DNA from: Negaprion brevirostris
Lineage: Eukaryota
DNA length: 64,000 nucleotides
Direction of reading: 5' to 3'
Assembly (NCBI GenBank): GCA_030324005.1
Contig: JARDVH010000025.1
Span: forward strand, 54,132,702 to 54,196,701
The first letter of the stretch is position 1. Each line of letters starts with the position of its first letter. Of this stretch, positions 36,366 through 47,559 are shown in pieces. The translations under genes were made by a program, and so were the position numbers. The notes beneath the pieces are model-generated. The model saw nothing but the letters and a program-made list of their open reading frames with translations, was not told the origin of the DNA and searched no databases.

Positions 36366-37400
36366 TGGCTTCCAAAAAACACAACCACCAACTCTAACTT
36401 GCAAAGAAAATTATCCCTGATTCCCATTGATTATATTATAAATAATTATTTTAAAAAAGCACTGATTAATTAAGGGATACTTTCAGACTAGAATTGGAGC
36501 TATTTGCAACATCTTGCATTTGCCATGTGCTCTTGCAATGGAGGGATCACTGAAGCTATCTATTCAAGGAGAACTAACTAAATGTCATTCTATCTTGTCA
36601 GTGAGAAGCTGAATCAGCAATGTTGCTGATTCAGAAGCAACATTGGGCCATAACGTCCAAGCTGCCCAGCACTGGTGGGATTGGGTACCCCAAAGATATA
36701 TGAGGAAATCCCCTTTGGAACCTCACAGTTAAGAGTTTGCTCAGCAATTGTCCAGAGACACAAACTTCCACTGGGCAATGACGTTGCACTAGGAACTATC
36801 TAGAATTGCAATTTAAACGTTAATTTTGAATGGTACTGATATGGCTATACCAATAGTTACCCAGAGAGTTAGAAGAATTAAAACCTCTTAACTTCTGGGT
36901 AAATTTTATAAGACCCAAACCAATTCCTCATGGGAATCCCCCTCATTTGCGACCCCTTAGGGGACTTCCCCCAACCTTCAACTAACCGTGCCCCCTTATA
37001 TTATTCCCCAACCACCCTCTGACGCCTTCCCATGGGATTTTTCCCAACTTTACAGGACTCCACTATTTTCCCACTCTGCCATTTTTGCAAGTTTTCTTTA
37101 TGCTTTGCAAGAAGAAATCTTTCTCCTACTTGATCTATCCTTCAAAAGATGAATGGTTATCAGGGGACACAATCAGGGCAGGTGTTTGTCAATTGGATGT
37201 CAATGTTTGGGGCCAATCAGAACAGCAAGTGAATGGAATCAAAAAACCTCCGTAACGACCAATGTAAACTATCTCAAGAATTGATCTGGTTCTCAAAGAT
37301 TCAGATACAAATGCAGCCAGATCAGACTTGTTGCTCAGGAAGCATTATTTCATGTAAAGGGAGATTAACAGTTGGGAAAAGTTGCCAGGAAGGGTGGCTG

Positions 37401-37510
37401 AAATCAAAATGTGGAGATGTTGGTATTGGATTGGGATAAACTCAGTAAAAAGTGTTAAATAAACATGTTGGACTTAACCTGGTGTTGTGCAACTTCTTAC
37501 TAAAATCAAA
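37401..37510. mobile_element. Short Penelope-like insertion with an inverted terminal segment
   Basis: Minus-oriented terminal-repeat end joined to a plus-oriented piece; flanked by aaatcaaaa on both sides. Confidence 0.6.
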
Positions 37511-37582
37511 ACACCAGACTCACTTAAGAAGTAATAGCAGAATGATGGCATTCTGAACAGGTTGAGATCAACTGGAGCGGCT

Positions 37583-37857
37583 TGGTGGCATAGTGGTTAG
37601 CACTGCTGCCTCACAGCGCAAGGACCCAGGATTGGTTCCTGCACTGTCTGTGCAGTCTGCACATTCTCCCCATGTCTGTGTGGATTTCCTCCAGGTGCCC
37701 CGGTTTCCTCCTTTCTGACAGACCTGCTGATTAGGTGCATTAGCCATGCTAAATTCTCCCTCACTGTACCTGAACAGGCACCGGAATGTGACGATTTAGG
37801 GATTTTTACAGTAACTTCATTGTGGTGTATGCCTACTTGTGGCATAAGCAAATAAAT
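37583..37857 (+). mobile_element. HE1-like SINE with alternative tail
   Basis: tggcatagtggttagcactgctgcctcacag head; V-domain; cagtaacttcattg..cctacttgtg..aataaat tail. Confidence 0.85.
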
Positions 37858-38665
37858 CAAATGTGCCAGACTGTTTTCTCCATTCATGCTAATGAAGGCG
37901 CCTGCCTTACAATTGATAGAGGCAGCATTGGCGTGTTTTGAGGCAACATAAAACATTTTGTATTCTTGTACNNNNNNNNNNNNNNNNNNNNNNNNNNNNN
38001 NNNNNNNNNNNNNNNNNNNNNNNNNNNNNNNNNNNNNNNNNNAATGAGCAAATGTATCTTCAGAAAGAAAATTATAGTCCAACTATTGTGATGTAAGTCA
38101 ATGACACTGTGTTCATTCTAGAAATGAAACATGTGCTGAACCAACCAGACCTTTCAAAATATGCTTGTAATTGCATCACTCACGTGTTACTTTATCAGGT
38201 TTGCTCACTATAGCAAGACAATATTCAACTACTGGCCAGCATGTATCCTCTATTTGCTCCCATGCCACCTTGTTCCATGGATTTTGCTTTTGTTGAATTC
38301 ACAATCAGGCCATGTACATTCAGCATTGACATTTGCCCCAGAAATTCTGTGTAAAAGCAGGATCTTTTCTGTCCAACAGGCTTTAGGTAAAGATTAGTGC
38401 TATTGTTTCAGGCAAAGATGGGGATTAATTTTGCTTTGCTTCAGCAACATTTACCAAGGTTGCAAGCAATATATGTTTTCGTTGTGACCTTTTATTTTTC
38501 ACTGGGATAAAAGTCAAGTCTGATGTGATATCTCTACTTTCAATGAATATATATATATGGAGTAATGCTGTTAATTAACTGATACACTAATGTCCACAAT
38601 GATAAATCCTTGCATTTATAAAGCACCTTCACGACCACAGGATTTCCAAACCACTTTAGAAGTAG

Positions 38666-38889
38666 AAGCTCTTATCCCACGTACTGCCCGCATTGGAGAT
38701 CTCTACTGCCTCCCAAAGATACACAAGGCAAACACAGCCGGCCATCCCATTGTCTCGGCACTCTACACCCCCACGATGATGGCATTGCTGCAACTACCTC
38801 AGTACTCAACGTCGACAACTGCCAGTTTCCAGATGCAATTTTACAACTCATCCACTTCATCCTGGACCACAATGTCTTCACCTTCAACA
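38666..38889 (+). mobile_element. Penelope-like RT fragment (internally deleted)
   Basis: LYCLPKIHKANTAGHPIVS, then PHDDGIAA..LIHFILDHNVFTFN. Confidence 0.85.
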
Positions 38890-39144
38890 NNNNNNNNNNN
38901 NNNNNNNNNNNNNNNNNNNNNNNNNNNNNNNNNNNNNNNNNNNNNNNNNNNNNNNNNNNNNNNNNNNNNNNNNNNNNNNNNNNNNNNNNAAATATTGGTT
39001 CAATGCCTCTCCAATCTCTTCCAGTTCCACACATAACTTCCCACTGCTGTCTCTAACTGGCCCTAACCAATCTTCTGTTGTTAACATATCTATAGAACAC
39101 CTTAGGTTAGATGTGACCTTGTCCAATAAGAGAGGGAAGAGATT

Positions 39145-39750
39145 ACAGTGTAAAATTAAAGCGCAAGCAGATGGGGGTAGTGTATTGAGATGGATAGAAA
39201 ACTGGTTGGCAGACAGGTAACTAAGAGTAGGAATAAATGGGTCTTTTTCCAAGTGGCAGGCAGTGAATAGTGGGGTACCGCAGGGATCAATACTAGGACC
39301 CCAGCTGTTCACAATGTATATTAATGATTTAGATGAGGGAACTAAATGTAATATCTCCAAATTTGCAGGTGACACAAAGCTGGATGGGAGGGTGAGCTGT
39401 GAGGAGGATGCAGAGATACTTCAGCATGATTTGGACAGTGAGTGAAGGGGCAAATGCATGGCAATTGCAGTATAATGTGGATAAACATGGGATTATCCAT
39501 TTTAGTAGCAAAAGCATAAAGACTGATTATTTTCTGAATGGCTATAGATTTAGTTAGGGGAACGTGCATCGAGACCTGGGTGTCCTCATATATCAGTCGC
39601 TGAAAGTAAGCATGCAACTGCAGCAGCCAGTGAAGAAAGCAGATGTTGATATTGTAAAAAATGCTGGTGAGGCCACAGCTGGAGTATTATGTGCAGTTCT
39701 GTCACCACATTACAGGAAGAGAGAGTGCAATGGAGGTTTATAAGAATGTT
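39145..39750 (+). mobile_element. CR1 RT fragment
   Basis: WIENWLADR..SGVPQGSILGPQLFTMYINDLDEGTKCNISKFAGDTKL. Confidence 0.9.
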
Positions 39751-39751
39751 A

Positions 39752-39892
39752 ACTCCCCACTCACCTGACGAAGGGGCGAAGCCCTGAAAGCTAGTGGCGT
39801 TTGCTACCAAATAAACATGTTGGACTTTAACCTGGTGTTGTGAGACTTCTTACTGTGTTTACCCCAGTCCAACGCTGACATCTCCATATCAT
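39752..39892 (+). mobile_element. Penelope-like terminal repeat
   Basis: Hammerhead followed by aataaa and the recurrent terminal sequence. Confidence 0.8.
39761..39797 (+). ncRNA. Minimal type I hammerhead ribozyme (Penelope-associated)
   Basis: TCAC-CTGACGA-A-GGGGC(GAA)GCCCT-GAAA-GCTA-GTGG. Confidence 0.75.
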
Positions 39893-39899
39893 GACTACC

Positions 39900-41050
39900 A
39901 TTGGTAGACAGTGGCAGAGGTCAGAGTTAACGCTGCCTATTAAGTCAGCCTGCAGAAAGGGGACAAATGATCACGTTTATGCTGCTAGGGTAAGTCAACC
40001 ATCTCATCACTTTCACCTCATACTGTCACATGCCAAACCCACTCAGTGATATTTCAAGGGATATCATCACTCATGTTCTCTCTCTCACACCCTCACATCT
40101 TCATCTGGGCTTATCTCTTCTGAAGATCGCATCCTCATCCCATCCACGGCTCCACTCATCACCCACACATGTCAGGTAACCTTATCCTCTGCCCTGGCAT
40201 GTAAGTTGCTCACACTCTCTCCATCTGTTTTTATGCAGGACAAGCTCATGCACTATAAAAAGGGAGAGATCCCAGACCAGGAGTGGATTGCTGGAACTCA
40301 AGGTGATCATTTCTTTTAAAAATTGCACCAAACTTCTTACCAGAGAGGACATGGACAGTGAGGTTGGCACCAGCACTACATGAGGATCCTATACACCAGC
40401 TCATCCCTCAGTCAACACTGCTGTGAGAGCACTGTCATGTTTTTAATGGGCTGCCATGCACTAATTATCTCTACTTTCGTTTATCTGTTTTTCTGTCAAG
40501 CATCCAAAGTCCACATCCAACCAGGCCTTCAATTAAAGCCCCAAGGAAACCTCCGATGAGGAACCTGATGATAGCAACTATGACAGCTCTCGTCTACACC
40601 CTCTACCAGCACAGAGACATACATCTCATGGGACAAAAATAGTATGTTAGGTTAAGAGAAGTCACTGAGACAATAGTCAAAAGAAAAAAATCAATTAGAG
40701 CAGATTCAGAATCATAATCCAGTGAGCACAGCACAAAGTCTGGTCCATAGCAGGTGGAGGACGTTCAAGGTCCCTGGCACTTGGAAGACTGCTGAAGCCC
40801 ATGTGTGGGCCGAGTTTGAATCTAATGAAGCGCCAGCAGACTCGGTCCTAAATCAGTTGCTGAAGCTGCAGAGAGAATTAGGAGGACATTAGGAAGAGAT
40901 GTCAGCTGAATTCCTCAAATGGCAACAGATGATGAAGGAGCCTGTTGGCTTTCAATCTGAAGGGCTCATGCCGACATGCCAATGCACAAAGTCAACACTG
41001 TTAGGATAGCAGCCTCCATAGAGACATTTGTCAAGGACATTGGTCATCCC
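39900..41050 (+). mobile_element. Harbinger Myb/SANT-like gene remnant with intron
   Basis: ..CRK..ND..AAR then GTAAGT donor at 39990; acceptor tgcag then DKLMHYKRERSQTRSGLLELKV from 40239. Confidence 0.65.
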
Positions 41051-42419
41051 CACAATCGTCCAGATTCTTTCACGTGCTGCTTCCAATCCAGGTACTGAGA
41101 GCCACATTCACGACATACGTATGTTGCTAGCAGCTTCAATGTACCTAAAAGTTTAATGTGGGGGAAGGTCTTGTTCTATTAAATAGGAGATTGTTGGAAG
41201 GGAAATGCAGGAACGTGTCTTGGAATGGGGTGCACCAACTAACTTTGGAAAGAAAAATAGTATGTTAGGTTAACAGAAGTCACTGAGACAATGGTCAAAA
41301 GGAAAAAATCAATTAGAGCTTTATCCATTTATATTTCTTTCCTGAGTTTTGCTGCTAGATCTAATGTCACAAAACTTTCTGTTGCCTAGTTGTTTTCTAT
41401 CCTTCTCTATGCCACATGTGGTCTAAAATTCACCCGTGGTGCATCTCAAAGCAAACCAGATCAGATTCCAGCCTCACCCAGGATTTGCTGGCTTGCTGAT
41501 TTGCCTTCCCCTGAGCAGCACCCACATTTGCCAGCCGAAAATATTGCCTGCAGCTGCTTATGGTTTCATTCACTCTCTGACCATCACCCTATGCTGAGCA
41601 GTAGAAAATTCAGATTCTAGTGGCTTACTTCTCCACCTTAACGTGCCGCACCATACCACACTATATCACTTACTGATTCCCATTCAGATGCAAAGAAGGG
41701 AAAAGAACAGAGGGGGAAACAGAAAAGAAATAAAACAGATGAAAAAAGAACTGGGGGAGCGTCCACAGCTTTTGAATTGATCTCATGTGCGAGTTCACAT
41801 GGTGGGACTAGAATTAACTTAAGCAATGGTGTGAAATAGGTGATATTGAATTAATCTCCCATTAAACACCATGCCCAATTGTCTTTTCTATTGTAATCAT
41901 TGAAAACCTGAAAGTGTATAAAAGGTTTAAACTCCCAAGGTCAGATATATCAGAATTGTACACCCCTGGCCAAGCAAAACCTTAAATCATCTGGAACCAA
42001 TTTCACAGAACAACTTCTTAACATTAATTGAGTTTGTTTCTTGTAATCTATTACATTTTCCCTTTATAACAACAATTGCCAAATATCCTCTAGCTCTATG
42101 AGAATGCCCTGTGGGTCCCGTATAAAACCTTCCACAGTGTTTTAAAATCTCTACCTATATACTTTAGATGCTAAATCATAAGCAGTGAAAATTCCTTGTT
42201 TCACAATTTCATGGATCATGCATTCATTGGATCCACATGTGAAAATGATAAATGCTTTATCAATTTTTTGGTCCAAACTCCTTTGTTCCAATTTTAATGC
42301 ACACAATTAAGCAGACTTTATGAATCCTATCCATGTTGACTCTTTTAATCTCAGATGACATTTACCTCAAGTGTATTCATATCAGATTGTGGGCTGGATC
42401 AGCATACTTACGACTGGGT

Positions 42420-42935
42420 TAGAGTTGTGCTCATTTGGTAGTACTTATCCTTACATTGGAAGGTTATGCGTTCAAGTCCTATTCCAGAGATTTGAACATA
42501 AAATGCTGGCTGACACAGTCTACTCTTGAGATTGTGCTGTCTTCTAGATGTGAGTTAAAACTGTGTCAGGTGGATGTAAAAGATTCCATGTCAGCAGTCA
42601 AAAGTGGGCTGGTCTTTTCACCATGCTGCCATGACCTGTATTTATTTCTTAACCAAATAATGTGTCTGTTAGCAAAAACAGAAAACACTGGAAAGTCTCA
42701 GCAGGTCTGACAGCATCTGCGGAGAGAGAACAGAGCCAACATTGTGTCTGGGTAACCCTTCATCAGAATGCGGTGTTAATCTCATTGCAGTTTATGCGGC
42801 CTTGCTGGTAACCTGTTTACTGTGTATCCCGCACTATCATAGTGACTACACTCAAAGTACTTCATTGGACTATAAAACCCTTTGGGTCCTGAGCTTGTGA
42901 AAAAGGAATAATTTGCTTTAAATACAAGTCTTTCA
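42420..42935 (+). mobile_element. DeuSINE (SacSINE1/AmnSINE1-like), interrupted by a Penelope-like repeat
   Basis: tRNA head (gttcaagtcc); Deu-like tcaggtggatgtaaaagattccatg; 3' agtgactacactcaaagtacttcattgg and L2-like tail. Confidence 0.7.
42672..42768 (-). mobile_element. Penelope-like terminal repeat (second subfamily) with decayed hammerhead
   Basis: aaaacagaaaacactggaaagtctcagcaggtctgacagcatctg...acccttcatcagaa. Confidence 0.65.
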
Positions 42936-44675
42936 TCACTAAAATGTTTACATACTAGCTGTTTCTTCTGTTTGTTTGAAGCACCTATTGTTGATGCTAA
43001 TGTTCATTTTCCTCAGCTCGAATCTATTCTGGAGTTCCTTTCCCACTTCTCATATTTGTTACATTCCCTTTCCTTCTTAGACCTGCATTTTACCTCTACA
43101 AGTTAATACTGCCTTTTTGCAACCACCCGATTTGAACATTTCTAATTGGCACATATGTCCTTTGACCCTGAGATTCCAGGTTTGAGGAAGTATGCAATCT
43201 GGAATTTGTGTTGTTTGGAACCAGTAATTTTGAAGGAGGTCAGTGTATGCTGGAATTCTGCTGAAGAGGAGTCTTTGCAACAATTCTGTTCAGTTTCAGG
43301 TTTCATCAAAGAAACATTTACTCTCATAGCAGCAGATGCATGAAGATGACAGAATCAGAATAGGATGAAACAATCTGCCCTAAATTCCAGGACTTTGAGA
43401 ATCTGTACCACTGTTTTAAAGTAGCTTTTTGTCAAAATTGTTTCACCTAGGTGGGTTTTTTAAATTAAGGAATACTGTTCACATGAGATTGTTGTGGAGA
43501 CTTTTATCCTTATTTTAGCACTCACTGTAAGTATTGGAACAAATGTTCAGTCTAAAACTCAAGAAGCCTTCTCCAACATTGATTCTTATCCTTGGAAAAT
43601 ATTCTGCTTCCAGAAAATGGCACAGCTATAACGGATTCAGGGCTGAACAATGGGAATTTTATGTGATCCCTTACCTGAAGCAGCAATGGGGGGAAAACAG
43701 CAAGAGGTTGCAAGGTTTGGCAGGTAGACTATATGCTCAACAGGATCTGCAGACCTGGGTGCACTTTCCGATACCTGTCTCTGGCATCTCCAGTTCAGTC
43801 ACTAAACTGACCAGCTTTTATGCCGCATGTACCTTCCAGGGAGCCACAGGGCCATTTGTTATGATCTGCCAATCTTTTGAAAACTCCCTTATAATCAAGA
43901 CAACTCAATTAATTTAATCTTACAGGGCTCCCACATAGATGACCAATGTAGTCATTAAATAATTCAGAATTCTTTTGGATTTCCCAGGGTCTGGGTTATT
44001 GATTCCACCCGTATGACAGTGCATGCTCCAGTTCTAAGTTCCTGTTTTTATATGAAACAGACTGGCTTCTATTCCTTAAATCTGCAACCTGTTTGCAATA
44101 ACAGGCACAGATATGCACCTAAATTCACAACATGCTGTGATTCGACATGAAGCTTTTGCACTTTGTCAGCTCACTGTTATAACTCTATTTCAACAACAGA
44201 AACAGGATTGCTGGGTGATATGGGATACCTGGTCCCACACCTCCACACCCCCACACCCCTCGTATCCCCCACCACTCTAACTTTCTGAAGCTTCCATGAT
44301 GTTTCTTGTATTCATTCAAGGGATGCCAGTGTACTGGCCAGGCCAGAATTTATTGGCCGTCCCTAATTGCCACTTTCATAACTGATGTTGAGGTACACCC
44401 ACATGTCTGACACCCTGCTGGTGGGCCTCTGTCATAGACCCACCTACCTTGGGCCTCTGTCATAGACTCTCCTACCCCTCAACATTATTTAAATAAACTG
44501 ACTCTGGAACTTCTGACTGGATCAGCCCTTCCAATTTTGGAGAACAGCTGCTCCATCTAGTACAGTGGAATGGGGCCCCAGGGAACTTCCTTTCACAGCC
44601 ACACCTCCTGACTCCAGTTCGTAATCTATATTCCTCAGGACGCTGAAATTCATTTCTACATCATACCACATCAAG

Positions 44676-44930
44676 GTGGCACAATGGTTAGCACTGCTGC
44701 CTCACAGCGCCAGAGACCCGGGTTCAATTCTGGCCTTGAATGACTGTCTGTGTGGAATTTGCACAGTGGTTAGCGCTGCTGCCTCACAGTGCACCGGGTT
44801 CAATTCTTGCCTTGAATGACTTCTGCACAGAGTTTGCACATTCTCCTCCTGTCTGCGTGCATTTCCATTGGGTGTACCGGTTTCCTTCCACACCCCAAAG
44901 ATGCACAGATTAGGTGGACTGGCCATATAG
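44676..44930 (+). mobile_element. HE1-like SINE with duplicated tRNA head
   Basis: Two successive heads (44676-44765 and 44762 onward), each with A and B boxes. Confidence 0.85.
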
Positions 44931-45414
44931 GGATTCTATGATTCTGAACTTTAATGTGGTGTTTGATCTCTCTCTTCCTGTGGAGATAAACATCATTGCA
45001 TCCATTCACTTTTCAGCTTCTTTGAAGTTTCCACACAATAATAACAACAAATATAGTATACATGAACTTGGTTTCTATTTCAACAAATCAAACTGCTGCT
45101 AACAAACTCCAACACATAGCTCCAGCACCTGCAATTTTGTCCCGCTATGGCTTTAGAAGAATCCATATTATAATATCTCTATTGTCTCTTCCTCATGATG
45201 GGTTGGAATATCGATGTCTATTAATCTATCATTTGCAGCATGGCCTGTCCACATGATAGTCCCAGGCATTATTAAGAATTTATCCTTAATAGGGAATAAC
45301 ATTCTAGTGTTTAACATTTTCCTTTTCATTCTTTAATTTGTCCATTGTCTTTCACCTGGAGAAATAGATGAGCAGCTGTATGAGAATTTTGGTGTGATGG
45401 GTGATGCATAAGGA

Positions 45415-45733
45415 TTGTGCAGTGGTTAGCCCTATGCCTCACAGTACCAGGGGCCTGAGTTTAATTCCAGACTTTGGTCACTGTATGTGTGGAGTTTGCA
45501 TGTTCTCCCCATGCCTGCGTGGGTTTCCTCCAGGTTCTTCAGTTTGTCCCCACAGTTTGAAGATGTGCAGGTTAGGTAGATTGGCCATGCTAAATTGCCC
45601 CTTAGTGCCAGGGAGACTAGCAGGGTAAACACATGGGGTTACAGGGATAAGGCCTGGATGGGATTGTTGTTGGTGCAGGCTCGATGCGCTGAATGGCCTC
45701 TTTCTGTACCTTGAGGATTCTATGAATTCCATA
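45415..45733 (+). mobile_element. HE1-like V-SINE, full length
   Basis: Head gtgcagtggttagc; V-domain; CR1-like tail gctgaatggcctc...attctatg. Confidence 0.9.
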
Positions 45734-45854
45734 AGAAGACAGTTAAGCATGGATACATAAGAAGAAAGAAATTTGAATACATTCAGGTGATGGACAAATT
45801 GATAATTCCTTGCTCAAGTCAAGGGCTTCAAGTTTTTAGGTCCAAATCACCAAC

Positions 45855-46410
45855 AATCTGTCCTGTCTATCCCATGCCGACACTATAATTAAGAAAGCCC
45901 ACCAATGCCTCTACTTTCTCAGAAGACTGAGGAGATTTGGCATGTCAGCTATGGCTGTCACCAACCTTTACAGATGAACCATAGAAAGCATTCTTTCTGG
46001 TTGTATCACAGCTTGGTATGGCTCCTGCTCTGCTCAAGGCCGCAAGGAACTACAAAAAGTTGTGAACATAGCCCAATCCATTATGCAAACCAGCCTCCCA
46101 TCCATTGACTCTGTCTACACTTCCTGCTGCCTTGGCAAAGCAGTCAGTATAATTAAGGACCTCAGGCACCCTGGATGTTCTCTCTTCCACCTTCTTCCTT
46201 CGGGGAAAAAGATACAAAAGTCTCAGGTCACGTACCAACCGACTCAAGAACAGCTTTGTCCCTGTAGCTGACAGACTTTTGAATGGACTTATCTTACATT
46301 AAGTTGATCTTTCTCTACATTCTAGCTATGACTGTAACACTACATTCTGCACGCTCTTACTTCCTTCTTTATAAACAATATGTTTTGGCTGTATAGCGCG
46401 CAAGAAACAT
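45855..46410 (+). mobile_element. Rex1/Babar-type LINE 3' portion
   Basis: AQSIMQTSLPSIDSVYTSCCLGKAVSIIKD..HP..SLFHLLPSGK. Confidence 0.85.
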
Positions 46411-47559
46411 ACAACTAGCATTTACCTTTGCTGCCCTTGTCAGATCATTAAGAGTTTTTACAAATTGCACTAATATCTTGCTGGATAAAAAAAATGTTTC
46501 AGACACTTAGTTGCTCTTTGACAGCCCTACATCAGTGCTCATGAAATGCACAATACATTTTAATTCATTCCCCCTTCCACATGTGGAGATGTTCATTGCT
46601 TAAATATTAAAATCTACCCAGCTCAAATTGCTTTCAATTAATTGACCAATAAAAAGTTATAACTGCATATATTATTTCACTATGATGTTCATTCACTGTA
46701 TTAATTTGAAAATAAATGCTGATTAACATTTCATTTTAAGTTTATTCATATAACCAAATGTAATCCAAATGTGATCAAAGATAATTTTTCAGTGATCACT
46801 TGGCCCACCTTGTTATATTCTAGTAACTGATTGTTTTTGTTTTTAGTGAAATAATTGATCATAAATTCAAGGCAGAAATTCTAAATAGAAGTAATACCCT
46901 TGCTCTCTGTTAAGAGCGTAGGATTTTTTAGGAACTGGAAGTTGCCATTACACCTAGTAAATTGTCTCTTTTTGACAAATTAGTGCCACTTATCTTCCTT
47001 CACACAATAATTCTTCCCACAAATGCCTCTTCATCCCTTTAGGAGTTGAAATGCTTGACATAAAATATTATAATATTCAATATTAGNNNNNNNNNNNNNN
47101 NNNNNNNNNNNNNNNNNNNNNNNNNNNNNNNNNNNNNNNNNNNNNNNNNNNNNNNNNNNNNNNNNNNNNNNNNNNNNNNNNNNNNNNNNNNNNNNNNNNN
47201 NNNNNNNNNNNNNNNNNNNNNNNNNNNNNNNNNNNNNNNNNNNNNNNNNNNNNNNNNNNNNNNNNNNNNNNNNNNNNNNNNNNNNNNNNNNNNNNNNNNN
47301 NNNNNNNNNNNNNNNNNNNNNNNNNNNNNNNNNNNNNNNNNNNNNNNNNNNNNNNNNNNNNNNNNNNNNNNNNNNNNNNNNNNNNNNNNNNNNNNNNNNN
47401 NNNNNNNNNNNNNNNNNNNNNNNNNNNNNNNNNNNNNNNNNNNNNNNNNNNNNNNNNNNNNNNNNNNNNNNNNNNNNNNNNNNNNNNNNNNNNNNNNNNN
47501 NNNNNNNNNTGTCAGACACGACTTTCCCTTAACAAAACCCACCAAAGTCTCACCAAATG

